A DNA stretch of 64,000 bases from Desulfarculaceae bacterium (GCA_037443445.1 JBBIOJ010000007.1:5383-69382), one strand, 5' to 3'. Positions 1 through 9,490 are shown, counted from the stretch's first letter. The notes: generated from the sequence alone by a model not told the origin. Numbers and translations: made by a program.

Positions 1-299
1 GCCCAGCCCACACGCAGCAGATCCAGGACCAGAAAGCCCAGGAAAAGATACAGCATGGCCGCGAACCAAAAGGATCCGATCCAGATGAGAGCCTGGGAGA
101 CAGGCGAAATCCAGTAATTCTCAAGGCTGCGACCCAAGATGAAGGATGCAGCCAGGAAAAGAAAAAAGAGGAGGTAGCCCCTGGAGGAGCCCCAGCCGGG
201 CAGGAGCCCTCTTCTGCAACCAAAGAAGATGTATAGGTTGATGGCTCCGTACAGGGTGAAAAAAGTACCGTAGAAGAGGATGGCTCTGGTGGCAGGCAT
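1..299 (-). CDS. Partial CDS (N-terminal part, gene runs off the window start): polytopic membrane protein of unknown function
   Basis: Minus-strand reading frame open from an ATG at about 297-299 to the window edge. It is preceded by CCAGGAGGTG as a ribosome-binding site. The translated N-terminus (MPATRAILFYGTFFTLYGAINLYIFF...) is strongly hydrophobic. Confidence 0.4.
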   Translation of the reverse strand, partial: MPATRAILFYGTFFTLYGAINLYIFFGCRRGLLPGWGSSRGYLLFFLFLAASFILGRSLENYWISPVSQALIWIGSFWFAAMLYLFLGFLVLDLLRVGW

Positions 300-497
300 G
301 GAGTCGGGAAGAGCACCTCCTGGGAGAATTGGGATCAAGAAACCTTGGAAACTCTCGGTTGAGAACCCGTCCAATCCATGATTATTGCACGAGGCTGACC
401 GGGTATTCCAGGCTTGCTTTCTCTTTTCCCGGGCCTTATCATAAGTCCCGTGCGCCGGATCTGAAAAAGAGCTTTCAGCATAGATCGGGCGCCTGAC

Positions 498-575
498 GGT
501 GAGTGTAGCTCAGTTGGCCAGAGCACCAGGTTGTGGCCCTGGGGGTCGAGGGTTCGAGTCCCTTCACTCACCCCA
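498..575 (+). tRNA. tRNA-His (anticodon GTG)
   Basis: Folds as a cloverleaf with the anticodon loop TTGTGGC. It has the extra 5' G-1 that pairs with the C73 discriminator, which is characteristic of tRNA-His. The T-loop is GGTTCGAGTCC and CCA is encoded. Confidence 0.85.
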
Positions 576-635
576 AGCCCTCCCAGCCCAGGCCTTTGAA
601 GGGTCTGGCAGAGGGGAGAATTGTTCGCCTTGGGG

Positions 636-709
<74 letters not shown>

Positions 710-1250
710 CTTCTCACACAATGTGATTACCTTATCGAGGGCTTGATGAGTCACAAGAAGCTACGGCAGATTTGACCCACCATGCAGCCTCCTGCCCGGG
801 GAACAGCTCCACAGAGGCTGAAACAGCCCAGCTAGGGATTTCCAAAGCTGAATCCAAAGGAAGCCCCCAAGACCCTGATGGCTGGTTTCCAATAAGAGGG
901 TATAGCCCTCTCCCTGGCCGAGTGGCTGGCCTTGACAAGGTGCAGTCCATCCACAACGGCCTGGGGATGGACTTCCCGGAAATATTTCAGTCTGTTCCAA
1001 AAGGAGGCCATTTTGGATGAGTGGCTGGGTTATCTTGAGCCAGGCTGAGAAAGGAGAGATGTTGCACCAGAGCCCGGATGAAATGCAGGGCCAGGCTTTT
1101 CGGGCCGCCCTGATCAAAGGATAAAAATCTCCAAAGGCTTCCGCCCCTATCCTGCAGAGGAAAACCCGGGCAGCCTGCCCGGGGTTGCAAAGCCGCGGGG
1201 ATTGGGTTAGCATTGTCTCACAGTTGTCAAAGAGCCTAGTTGAATAGGTC

Positions 1251-1327
1251 GGGCGGCTAGCTCAATTAGGCAGAGCAACGGACTCTTAATCCGTAGGTTG
1301 AAGGTTCGATTCCTTCGCCGCTCACCA
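1251..1327 (+). tRNA. tRNA-Lys (anticodon CTT)
   Basis: Acceptor stem GGGCGGC/GCCGCTC. Anticodon loop CTCTTAA. T-arm GAAGGTTCGATTCCTTC. CCA is encoded. Confidence 0.8.
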
Positions 1328-1337
1328 AGAAAAACAA

Positions 1338-1369
1338 GGACTCAGGCCCAGAGACCTGAGTCCTTTTTT
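1338..1369. terminator. Rho-independent terminator hairpin (GGACTCAGG...CCTGAGTCC followed by TTTTTT); likely bidirectional for the tRNA cluster and the convergent oxidoreductase gene
   Basis: Perfect 9-bp stem followed by a T-run. It lies between the tRNA-Lys 3' end and the stop codon of the minus-strand gene 1368..2828. Confidence 0.6.
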
Positions 1370-2828
1370 ACTCTGAAGCTGCTTCACAGGCTCTGCCTTT
1401 CAGCTGAAACAGGAATTTGAGGCCTTTTTTCACCGTATCGGAATACAGCTTCCGGGCGAAGATGTTCCCCACGGTTCTCTTGTTTATCTCCCCCAGGGTG
1501 GGATAGGGATGAACGGCAGAGGCCACAGTGGATAGCCTTACCCCTCCGTTTATGATGGCCACCCATTCATTGAGCAACTCCCCGGCGCTTGGCCCGAGGA
1601 TCTGAATGCCGAGTGGCCTGCCTCTGGTGCCCAGGATCATTTTTATTTTCCCTATCCTCTCCCCCTCCGCGAGGCTTCTGTCATTATCTTGGAAGGCTTC
1701 TACCCATGTTGTGTAATCCAGCCCGGCCTCTTGGGCCATCTTTTCGTTCATTCCCATACCGGCTAGCTCTGGGTGTGTGAAAGTGCACCACGGCATCCAC
1801 CTGTAGTTTGCTTTTCGAGGGAGGTGCAGAACGGCATTGCTGACCACTATGCTTCCCTCATACCCGGCCACGTGGGTGAACTGATACTCCCCGGTGACAT
1901 CCCCGGCAGCATAGATGTGTCTGTGTCCTGTTCTGAGCCGATCCTCCACTTCCAAACCCTTCTTGTCAAACTTCAAGTCGATTCCCTCCAACCCCAACCC
2001 ACCCAGGTTGGCTTCCCGTCCCATGGCAACAAAGATGGTCTCTGCCCTGAGGCTTTTCAGATTCCCATCCCCGGTTCTCAAGGTTACCTCTTTCTCACTC
2101 CCAAGGTCTCTGACGCTCACCACAGAGGCATTGAGGTGGAACACGACTCCTTCCTCGGCAAGGAGGTTCATGAGAATGTCCGCCATGTCCTTGTCCTCCC
2201 TGCTCAGGATCTGGTTGCTGCGCTGGATCACAAAAACTTGAGTGCCTAGACGCTGGAACGCCTGGGCCATCTCTATGGCGATGGGTCCGGCACCGAGCAG
2301 GATCATGGATTGGGGTAAACGGTCCAGGGAGAAGATCTCCTTGTTGGTGACATAAGGAGTCTGATCCAACCCTGGTATGGCCGGAATTGCCGGGGAGGAA
2401 CCCGTGGCAATCACCCAGTTCTTGGCAGAAAAAGAAGTTCCGTTGAGCCGGATGGTATGCTCATCCGTGAATGCTGGCAGGCCAAATTCCACCTGGACTC
2501 CGAGCCTGCAGAACCGCTCTGGGGAATCGTGTTTTTGTATGGTGGCAATGACTTCCCGGATCCTTCTGACCACCTCCTTGTAGTCCACAGGCGGCAGTTC
2601 CACCGATGGAAGCCCGAATTTACCTGCGTTTTTCATCAGATGGCGTACATGGGCCGTCTTGATGAGAGTCTTGCTGGGAACACAACCAAAGTGGAGGCAA
2701 TCCCCTCCCAGTTCATTCTCCTTCTCAACCAGGAGAGTCTTGGCTCCCAGCTGGGCTGCACCCGCCGCCACAGTCAGGCCCGCGGCTCCACCCCCGAGAA
2801 TGCCGATATCGAAATCATGATTCGCCAT
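1368..2828 (-). CDS. Class I pyridine nucleotide-disulfide oxidoreductase (dihydrolipoamide dehydrogenase / mercuric reductase-like core)
   Basis: N-terminal FAD-binding GxGxxG motif (GILGGGAAG). Redox-active disulfide motif GGDCLHFGCVPSK. A dimerisation domain is present. There is no C-terminal vicinal Cys-Cys pair and no NmerA domain, so it is not a MerA. Confidence 0.8.
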   Translation of the reverse strand: MANHDFDIGILGGGAAGLTVAAGAAQLGAKTLLVEKENELGGDCLHFGCVPSKTLIKTAHVRHLMKNAGKFGLPSVELPPVDYKEVVRRIREVIATIQKHDSPERFCRLGVQVEFGLPAFTDEHTIRLNGTSFSAKNWVIATGSSPAIPAIPGLDQTPYVTNKEIFSLDRLPQSMILLGAGPIAIEMAQAFQRLGTQVFVIQRSNQILSREDKDMADILMNLLAEEGVVFHLNASVVSVRDLGSEKEVTLRTGDGNLKSLRAETIFVAMGREANLGGLGLEGIDLKFDKKGLEVEDRLRTGHRHIYAAGDVTGEYQFTHVAGYEGSIVVSNAVLHLPRKANYRWMPWCTFTHPELAGMGMNEKMAQEAGLDYTTWVEAFQDNDRSLAEGERIGKIKMILGTRGRPLGIQILGPSAGELLNEWVAIINGGVRLSTVASAVHPYPTLGEINKRTVGNIFARKLYSDTVKKGLKFLFQLKGRACEAASE

Positions 2829-2851
2829 AACGTCCTCCTAGTCATAAATAT

Positions 2852-3583
2852 TCACACCTTTGAAATTTCAGATGCCTTCCTTATTCTCACCTTGTACAGG
2901 GTCATCAGCTTCTTCACCAGGAGGGGAAACAGGCCCAAGATAGCGAAGGAGACGATAAGGCTAGGGGAAAGGATCCCGGAGAGGGAATCTATCTTGGCGA
3001 GCTCTTTCCCCGCGTTGACATAAATGGCTGTCCCCGGCAGCATTCCCACCTGGGAGACCCAGTAGAAAGTGAGCAATGGAACCTTGGTAAGCCCCATTAC
3101 CAGATTTATCATCCAGAACGGGAACAGAGGGATGAGGCGCAGGGTGAAGAGGTAGAAGGGGCCTTCCCTGGCGATTCCCTCGTTGATGGTGGTGAGGCGG
3201 TCGCCGAATTTGCCCTGAACCCAGTCCCTCAGCAAGAACCTGGAGACGAAGCAAGCCAGGGTCGCCCCTATGGTGCTTGCGAAAGAGACCACCAGAACGC
3301 CTACCCAAAAACCGAAAAGGGCCCCCCCGGCCAGGGTGAGGATGGTCGCCCCTGGCAGGGAGAGGGAAGTGGAGAGGATATAGATCACCATGTAAACGGC
3401 GATCACAAGGAGGCGATTCTCCGCGTAGAGGCTTGCGAACTTGGCCTCTGAGGCCTTGAGGTAGGAGAGGGATAAATACTGTTCCAGATCAAAGATATTG
3501 AAAGCTGCGATTAAGCCCAGGACCGCCCCGAGAATCAGGATCTTGTGGATAACCCTCTTGCTCTTGTGCTTTTCATTTTTCAT
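2852..3583 (-). CDS. DedA/TVP38 (SNARE-associated) family membrane protein
   Basis: Multi-TM protein of 243 aa with the DedA-like core (LPGATILTLAGGALFG). It sits immediately downstream of the oxidoreductase, a recurrent pairing. Confidence 0.7.
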   Translation of the reverse strand: MKNEKHKSKRVIHKILILGAVLGLIAAFNIFDLEQYLSLSYLKASEAKFASLYAENRLLVIAVYMVIYILSTSLSLPGATILTLAGGALFGFWVGVLVVSFASTIGATLACFVSRFLLRDWVQGKFGDRLTTINEGIAREGPFYLFTLRLIPLFPFWMINLVMGLTKVPLLTFYWVSQVGMLPGTAIYVNAGKELAKIDSLSGILSPSLIVSFAILGLFPLLVKKLMTLYKVRIRKASEISKV

Positions 3584-4436
3584 GGGAAGCCTCGTTCAGT
3601 TTCCAGTCGTAGTGATACTCGATCCTGCCTTTGTACCCGCTCAACTTCCCGGCCAGCGGATCCGCCGCATACCTAAGCAAATGTTGGATGACCCCGGCCT
3701 GGGTTCCTCCGAAATCCGCCTGGTACCAGTCATAGATGGACGAAAGGATCAGCCCCCTTCCTTCGAATCTGGCCCCCCGGGGATGATTCACGTATTGTCG
3801 TGCCCCTTTCTCCAGGAGCCCATCAGTGTTCTCCTGTGTGAATGCCTCTGGTTGAAGGTTGGGGCAACTCATGCTGGCGCAGTTGACAGCATAGTGAACT
3901 CGGTTGTCCTTCCAAATGGGCCGGAGGATGCGATGCTCGATGTCGTTGAGCGAGGCCTCCTCGCCCTCGATTCTAAGGAGTTTGGCTCCCCAGGGTCCCT
4001 TGCTGAACAATCCCGGGGAAATGTTGATGTCCAGGATGCTCTGGACCGGATAATGATCCAGGATCACCTTCACCGTGAGGGCGTTGTAAAGGTTTATCCA
4101 ATAAGCTTTTTGTTCAAGCCGGCTGAGCCCGGAGACTCGGACAGCCTGGAGCGCGCTTAGGTATTCTTCCAGTGACTTCCTGTCAGCTTCCGTGACCGCT
4201 CCATACCTGATTTTGTTGACCCCGGAGGGATCATCGGTCACCAGGTAGTTCTTCAGGAACCGATCCCACAGGCTGTGGTCCACTCGAATGGTGCTCAGTG
4301 GGTCGTTGGCCTCCCACCTGGGCCAAAGCTCTGCTTTGGGGGCCGCTCCGGTCTCCTTTACCCCAGCCCAGAGCGCCACAAGGACCGCCCCGGAAATGAA
4401 AAAACGCTTGAAAAACATTCTGTGACTCCTTTCCAC
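3573..4436 (-). CDS. DUF547 domain protein, secreted (paralog 1)
   Basis: Has a signal peptide and the DUF547 hallmark stretch (KAYWINLYNALTV ... HYAVNCASMSCP). Confidence 0.6.
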   Translation of the reverse strand: MERSHRMFFKRFFISGAVLVALWAGVKETGAAPKAELWPRWEANDPLSTIRVDHSLWDRFLKNYLVTDDPSGVNKIRYGAVTEADRKSLEEYLSALQAVRVSGLSRLEQKAYWINLYNALTVKVILDHYPVQSILDINISPGLFSKGPWGAKLLRIEGEEASLNDIEHRILRPIWKDNRVHYAVNCASMSCPNLQPEAFTQENTDGLLEKGARQYVNHPRGARFEGRGLILSSIYDWYQADFGGTQAGVIQHLLRYAADPLAGKLSGYKGRIEYHYDWKLNEASHEK

Positions 4437-4755
4437 CGGTTCATTCCTTTCACCGGCTCTTGATCCTGAGTCGTTCCGGGAAATGAATTGTTACAGCTTA
4501 CCTCAAGAAACACCGATGTCGGGGCAAAAGGCAATGCCCGGTGTAAAGTGGCAGGACCGGACTATGAATCCCTTCTCATGCCAGATGCCCTTGGGGTCCG
4601 GGCGCTCCCGGCAGCATGGAGGGGACGGCCTGTGCGCCCAACTTGACAAAATCAAATGAGATCGCAACAATGGCCTCGTCTTGGCGCCTGGTTTTCTTGG
4701 CGGTGCCTCCTTGCGGCTGTTGCAGGTCAAGTGTGGTTCAGTCTGAAGCAAGCCC

Positions 4756-5325
4756 ATGTCCCCGGATCCGGAAAAATGGCTTGATGAGCACGGGGACTAT
4801 CTTTTTGGCTATGCCTTTGCTCGTCTTCAGGACCGGGGCGTTGCCGAGGACATGGTGCAGGAGACCCTTTTGGCAGCCCTCGAGGCCAAGGACAGGTTTG
4901 AAGGCAGATCCTCTGAGAGGACCTGGCTGGTGGGGATTCTCAAGCACAAGATTTTGGACCATCTTCGCTCTCACAGCCGGGAAATCCCCGTGACCGAGCC
5001 GCTTGAACCCGACGGGGAGATGGAGGCTCTGTTCGATGAACGGGGAAAGTGGAAGGAGGGTTCGGCGCCCTGGAGGGATGATCCGCAATCCTTTCTGCAT
5101 CACAAGGAGTTCTGGAACACTTTGGTGCAATGTCTGGAGGAGCTGCCGGGGCGTTTGGGTCAGGTGTTTGCCTTGAGGGAGTTAGAGGGGCTCGGGACGA
5201 ACGAAATCAGTAATCTATTTGGGGTCACATCGACTAACCTTGGGGTTCTTCTTTACCGAGCCCGTATGCGCCTCAGGCGTTGCCTGGAGATCAACTGGCT
5301 CGGGGAGAAGCCGAGGAGCAAATGA
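4756..5325 (+). CDS. ECF (extracytoplasmic function) RNA polymerase sigma-70 factor
   Basis: Sigma-70 region 2 (YLFGYAFARLQDRGVAEDMVQETLL) and region 4 (LPGRLGQVFALRELEGLGTNEIS). Size is 189 aa. Confidence 0.8.
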   Translation: MSPDPEKWLDEHGDYLFGYAFARLQDRGVAEDMVQETLLAALEAKDRFEGRSSERTWLVGILKHKILDHLRSHSREIPVTEPLEPDGEMEALFDERGKWKEGSAPWRDDPQSFLHHKEFWNTLVQCLEELPGRLGQVFALRELEGLGTNEISNLFGVTSTNLGVLLYRARMRLRRCLEINWLGEKPRSK

Positions 5326-5328
5326 ATC

Positions 5329-5595
5329 ATGCTATCCTGTAAAGAGATCACCGCCCTGGTCTCCGAGTCGATGGACAGGAGACTTCCCTTTGGCCAACGC
5401 CTGGCGGTCAGGCTCCATCTGATGATATGCAGGTTCTGCTCGCGCTACAGAAGGCAGCTGTTGGCGGTGCGCGCTTCTGTGGGGCGGTATGTGGAGGAGA
5501 TGGAATCCTCCAATGGCCTAAACCCATTTTCACTTTCTGAGGAAGCCCGCTCCAGGATCAGGCAAGCCTTGGCCGGGCAGTCGGGCTCGCAATAA
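5329..5595 (+). CDS. Anti-sigma factor, zinc-finger (ZAS-type) small protein
   Basis: Its ATG lies 3 nt after the sigma stop codon (IMLSCKE). Carries the H-x3-C-x2-C motif (HLMICRFC). No transmembrane segment. Classic sigma/anti-sigma coupling. Confidence 0.6.
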   Translation: MLSCKEITALVSESMDRRLPFGQRLAVRLHLMICRFCSRYRRQLLAVRASVGRYVEEMESSNGLNPFSLSEEARSRIRQALAGQSGSQ

Positions 5596-5627
5596 GGCTC
5601 CATCAACCCCGCAAGGACTGGCATAGT

Positions 5628-7703
5628 CTATACCTTGCAGAGCCCATGGATAGACTCGCACGTGTTCGAGTAAAGCTTCTCGATCCAGTCGCCCCTTTGA
5701 ATATAAGGCATGGAGGGAGATCCGCATTCAGGGCAGATCCGGCTTCTGGCCATGCGACGCAGAAAACGGTGGGTTGTGGCGATGAATGCCGCATGGCTCC
5801 AGGCAAGAGGAGACACTGAGAGGGGCTCACCCGTCAATGGGTGGAGCTGTTCGGCCAGCACCCCGGAGGGGAGTGCGTGGGAGGCCACCCACCGAAGGAT
5901 TTCGTGCGCTTGGGTGACCTCCTCGTTGCTCTCACCCCGCTCCAGCAAGTAATCCGCCAGCCAAAGTGTACAGATGATCCAAGGGTTGCCGGGAACGTTG
6001 CTGCTTTGCCGGTGATAGGGATCGTTCTCATAGCGGGCCATTCCTCCGACACTCTGCACCCATAGCCTCTCCCGAAGGGTGGACATGCTGGACACTATGC
6101 GGGGGTCATCGGCGGAGTACATGCCAAAGGCAAACAATCCCCAAAGGCTTGAGTCACAGGTGGCATCGGTCTGCAGCTTGCCTTCTGGATTGGGATAAAG
6201 CATTCGGCAAAACCGATTCATGTCTTCCATCCAGAGGTGGGATGAAGCGGCATCCCGAACCTCTGCTGCCACGACTCGATACCGGTCCGCTTCCTCTTCC
6301 TCCCCAAAGACCTTGCAGAAGAGGGAGGCAGCCGTAAGCCCACCGAAAACCGCCCCCACCGTGAAAGCGGAGATACCGTAGCGTTCCTCCCACAGGTCGT
6401 AGGACGGGGCCGGAAGGCCGGTTCGTGGGTCCCTGAAGCGGCACATGAACTCCGCGGCCTTCTTGACCAGGTGGGCATACAAAGGCTTGACGAATTCGAT
6501 ATCCCGAAACATAACGAAATGGTGCCAAAGGGCCCATATGACGAGAGCCGTGGAGTCCTCCTGTATGGGCAACCGGGGCCGGCCCTCGTAAGACCAGGGG
6601 TGCCAGGAGGAGGCCAGCGTCCCGTCGGGGTTGTACTTGTGCAAGAGGTAACCCTCCGGCTCCAATCGATCAGCTATGAACTGAAAGAAGTTCCTGGACA
6701 GGCCGGGATAACCAGCCAGGTCCAGGGAATAGGCTGCCAACGCCCCGTCCCGGGGCCAGATATAGGAATAGGTGTCCCTGTTGAACTGAATCACATCCGA
6801 GTCATTGCCGGCCAGGATGCCCCCCTGCCAGTCGATCTGGATCCTCAGGACGAGCAAGCTGCGTTTGTACAGCCCGGCAACCTCCTCTGAGAGCTCAGAG
6901 AGCGGCGGCGACTCCTTTTTTACCCACAGCCCCCAGTAATCGGCCGTCCGCTGGGTCAACTTCCTGGGGTGCCTGTGTTTGACCAACGCATCCAGCCTTC
7001 GGACCTGTTCCCAGCTTTCTCCTGCTGTGATCCAGAAGTAGCATTTTTCCTCGGCCCCGGCCTGCAGGTTCATCCGCAGGGCAATGACCGAATCCACCGA
7101 TCCCTGGGCAATGGGGTTGCCTGAGAGCCGTCCGTCTTCCGCATCTTTGAAGGTCCCCATCCTGCCGCCTGTTGCGGTCTGCCCCGTAGCGAATTGATCC
7201 AAGCCTTCTCCGCCCTCCACCCAGCCGTTGGCCAAGAAATACCTGGCCCCCTTGTAATGGACAACGCCGCCGCTGGTGGGGTCAAAGGCCGCAGTGTCCC
7301 CCACTCTATTGCCGGATATTCCGAGATCCAGATGGAAAAACAGACGAATCTCCCGCGACCTGTCACTGAGATTCTCCACCGAGATCTCCCTGACATAGAT
7401 GTCTTCGTGGAAATCCACTGCATCGCTGCAGCTGAGGCGAAGCATCAGATCGGGCGAGAACAGTGTCACCTCCGTGATCAGGGTGTCGGCTGCATAGCGA
7501 AGCTCTGGATGCCATCCAGGGCCTACCCAGGAAAATCTGCCCTCCACCCACACCCCGAGCCTGGAGACATTGCCTCCTCCATGGTTCTCCTGCCCCACGT
7601 GCGGGTAATAGATGTCCCGGATGCAATAGTCCTTGTCGAAACAGATCAGGAGTTTTCCATTGCCCACAGGGATATCTCTCGGCATGGCCGTCACCTCCAT
7701 CAT
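5628..7703 (-). CDS. Glycoside hydrolase family 15 (glucoamylase / glucodextranase / trehalase-like)
   Basis: 691 aa with an (alpha/alpha)6 barrel and the GH15 signatures (IWPRDGA, LWEERYG). Has a C-terminal Cys cluster. Confidence 0.75.
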   Translation of the reverse strand: MMEVTAMPRDIPVGNGKLLICFDKDYCIRDIYYPHVGQENHGGGNVSRLGVWVEGRFSWVGPGWHPELRYAADTLITEVTLFSPDLMLRLSCSDAVDFHEDIYVREISVENLSDRSREIRLFFHLDLGISGNRVGDTAAFDPTSGGVVHYKGARYFLANGWVEGGEGLDQFATGQTATGGRMGTFKDAEDGRLSGNPIAQGSVDSVIALRMNLQAGAEEKCYFWITAGESWEQVRRLDALVKHRHPRKLTQRTADYWGLWVKKESPPLSELSEEVAGLYKRSLLVLRIQIDWQGGILAGNDSDVIQFNRDTYSYIWPRDGALAAYSLDLAGYPGLSRNFFQFIADRLEPEGYLLHKYNPDGTLASSWHPWSYEGRPRLPIQEDSTALVIWALWHHFVMFRDIEFVKPLYAHLVKKAAEFMCRFRDPRTGLPAPSYDLWEERYGISAFTVGAVFGGLTAASLFCKVFGEEEEADRYRVVAAEVRDAASSHLWMEDMNRFCRMLYPNPEGKLQTDATCDSSLWGLFAFGMYSADDPRIVSSMSTLRERLWVQSVGGMARYENDPYHRQSSNVPGNPWIICTLWLADYLLERGESNEEVTQAHEILRWVASHALPSGVLAEQLHPLTGEPLSVSPLAWSHAAFIATTHRFLRRMARSRICPECGSPSMPYIQRGDWIEKLYSNTCESIHGLCKV

Positions 7704-8063
7704 TCTGCACCGCCAGGGGGAGCATCATACCACGAGCCTTCAGGTGTAAGAATCCCGAGGGCCTGACAACCATGAACAGGAAGGAGTGGTACTTGTTGAC
7801 GAAGTGTGGCTGGGATGGGGAAAAGCCGCTGAGCCGGGAAGTTGCGCCAGAGGATGATCCCCAAAGCAGGCCTTTTTGGATGATTGCTCGGGTCCTTCCG
7901 CCATGGAGGAGGCTTCCCATTTCAATGCCTGTGCTGGATCAGGGGTTGTGGTACCGGGAGTCAGGATCCCCCGGCTGGAAACCGGATTTCCCACAAACCG
8001 GGGAGATGCGACAGGACCGATCCCGCGTTCCCGGACACGATTGCGGGACACCTTTGAGGGCTC

Positions 8064-8882
8064 TCAGGCGTTGAGGTTCCAGTCGTACGGTCGGTATCTC
8101 AATTTGAATTCGTCTCTGTGATCCGCGAGGACATCCTTCTTTTCACCCTCGTCCAGGAATCGCAGGAGTGTCTCCAGCACGCTCGTGTCCGTGCCGCCGA
8201 AGTCGGAACGGTACCAGCGAAATATCTTCGATAGGAGAACGACCCTATCTTCTGGGATGATCTCAACCTCAGGCCCGTTGATGAAGCTCGCAGCTGCAAG
8301 GTCAAGCTGGGAATCCACCCTGTCTGCCTCATAGAACCCCACGGGAGGGCACGAGCGTGCCCCACACACCAGGGCGAAATGGATCCTTGGGTCCAAGGGT
8401 GAAACCACAAACCGCCTCCTGGGATCCCTCCCGCGAAAGGGTTTCAGGAGCCCATACGGGGCTCTGCGATTGCTACGGAGAATCCCGTGTTCCATATCTT
8501 GCAAGGAAAATCGGTGTCCTCCTATCTCATAGGCCGCGCGGCAGAAGAAAAACGGGATCTCCCGTACAGACCGGCGCACCCCGAGCCTAACAACGCCGTG
8601 GATGACGGCCGCGTTGTATATGTTGATCCAGAAGGCCAGTCGCTGGCCTGGCTCGGAGAGGGAATCCAGATGGAAGGAACGAAGGCCATTGGCAAGGGCT
8701 TCGTATTTTCGAAACGTCTCCGAACGCAGCATCTCATGGTATTGGATCCTGCCGCTTTCAGGATCCAGGAATTCCGCCTTCAGATCAGCCAGGGTCAAAC
8801 TCAGAACCGTATCCACGGCCTGGCCTTCCGGCGGAGCCCCAGGCTCCCCGCGGTTGATCACTATTTTGGAACACGGGAACAC
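8064..8882 (-). CDS. DUF547 domain protein (paralog 2)
   Basis: Motifs LAFWINIYNAAVIHG and HFALVCGARSCPP. Second copy of the family in this 5-kb region. Confidence 0.6.
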   Translation of the reverse strand: MFPCSKIVINRGEPGAPPEGQAVDTVLSLTLADLKAEFLDPESGRIQYHEMLRSETFRKYEALANGLRSFHLDSLSEPGQRLAFWINIYNAAVIHGVVRLGVRRSVREIPFFFCRAAYEIGGHRFSLQDMEHGILRSNRRAPYGLLKPFRGRDPRRRFVVSPLDPRIHFALVCGARSCPPVGFYEADRVDSQLDLAAASFINGPEVEIIPEDRVVLLSKIFRWYRSDFGGTDTSVLETLLRFLDEGEKKDVLADHRDEFKLRYRPYDWNLNA

Positions 8883-8939
8883 TTTTTAACCCCCCTTCTT
8901 GCTCGGGGCAAAGGGTCACTGCCTGCTTCTCAATTGGCT

Positions 8940-9308
8940 CTAACTCGGCTCATTCTGCCCCGCAGCCTCCTCCATTCCACAGAGCCTCGGAAGAACACGG
9001 CTGCGGATAGCCGCTTCCTTCTCTGAGCTCCCCTCCCTCCCCAGGGCATCCAGGCTTCTCCACAACCTGATCTTTGCCTCGGTCCAGTTAATCTCAGGGG
9101 CCACTTGATGCAGATAATGCTCGATCTCGGCCTCTGTGGCCCTTCGATGTTTGCTCGAATGGAGAACATCACCGATGTTCCACTCGCCCTCTGGTCAGGC
9201 GGGGAAGAACACAAGGTTCCCGCCCTCCAAGAGAAGAATACTGTACTGCTCATCGTATCTCACGACCTTGAGAAAAGTCTCCGGCAGCTCAAAATCCTTT
9301 GCAGACAT
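8940..9308 (-). CDS. Candidate small selenoprotein or readthrough ORF: a 37-aa ORF with a strong RBS, an in-frame TGA at about 9195-9197, then 84 further in-frame codons with no internal start (about 122 aa in total); function unknown
   Basis: AGGAGGAGGTG sits 7 nt upstream of the ATG. The in-frame TGA is followed 14 nt later by the hairpin GAACAUC-GGU-GAUGUUC. The downstream in-frame segment (PEGEWNIGDVLHSSKHRRATEAEIEHYLHQVAPEINWTEAKIRLW...) has protein-like composition but no start codon of its own. Coordinates are +/-2. Confidence 0.25.
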
Positions 9309-9459
9309 CCCAACACCTCCTCCTATTTTGAGGCCTTCGGGCCTCACGCCAGGCGTTCTCGGCTAATGATTCCGAATCGGGCCATTCGATGTCATCCTCA
9401 ATAAATTAGTCAGCAAAGGCCAGCCCAGATTACAATCCAACTTTTTTCCCCTTTGCCTC

Positions 9460-9490
9460 TTGACCCCGTACTATGGTACGGGCTCTAGGC
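9460..9490 (+). promoter_or_regulatory. MerR-type operator/promoter: -35 TTGACC, a 19-20 bp spacer containing the dyad CCCGTAC-TATG-GTACGGG, then a -10-like TAGGCT
   Basis: Almost identical to the Tn21/Tn501 merO dyad (TCCGTAC-ATGA-GTACGGA), which is embedded in a long-spacer promoter. Located about 60 nt upstream of the merT-like gene. Confidence 0.6.

Noticed and set aside
1368-2828. Considered calling the disulfide oxidoreductase mercuric reductase MerA
   Set aside because: No C-terminal vicinal Cys pair, no N-terminal HMA (GMTCxxC) domain, and it is not linked to the mer-like operon.
5323-5331. The ECF sigma TGA stop is in-frame with the downstream anti-sigma ORF
   Set aside because: An ATG and a GAGGAG RBS directly follow the stop, which is typical sigma/anti-sigma translational coupling. 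There is no downstream hairpin and the two are functionally distinct proteins.
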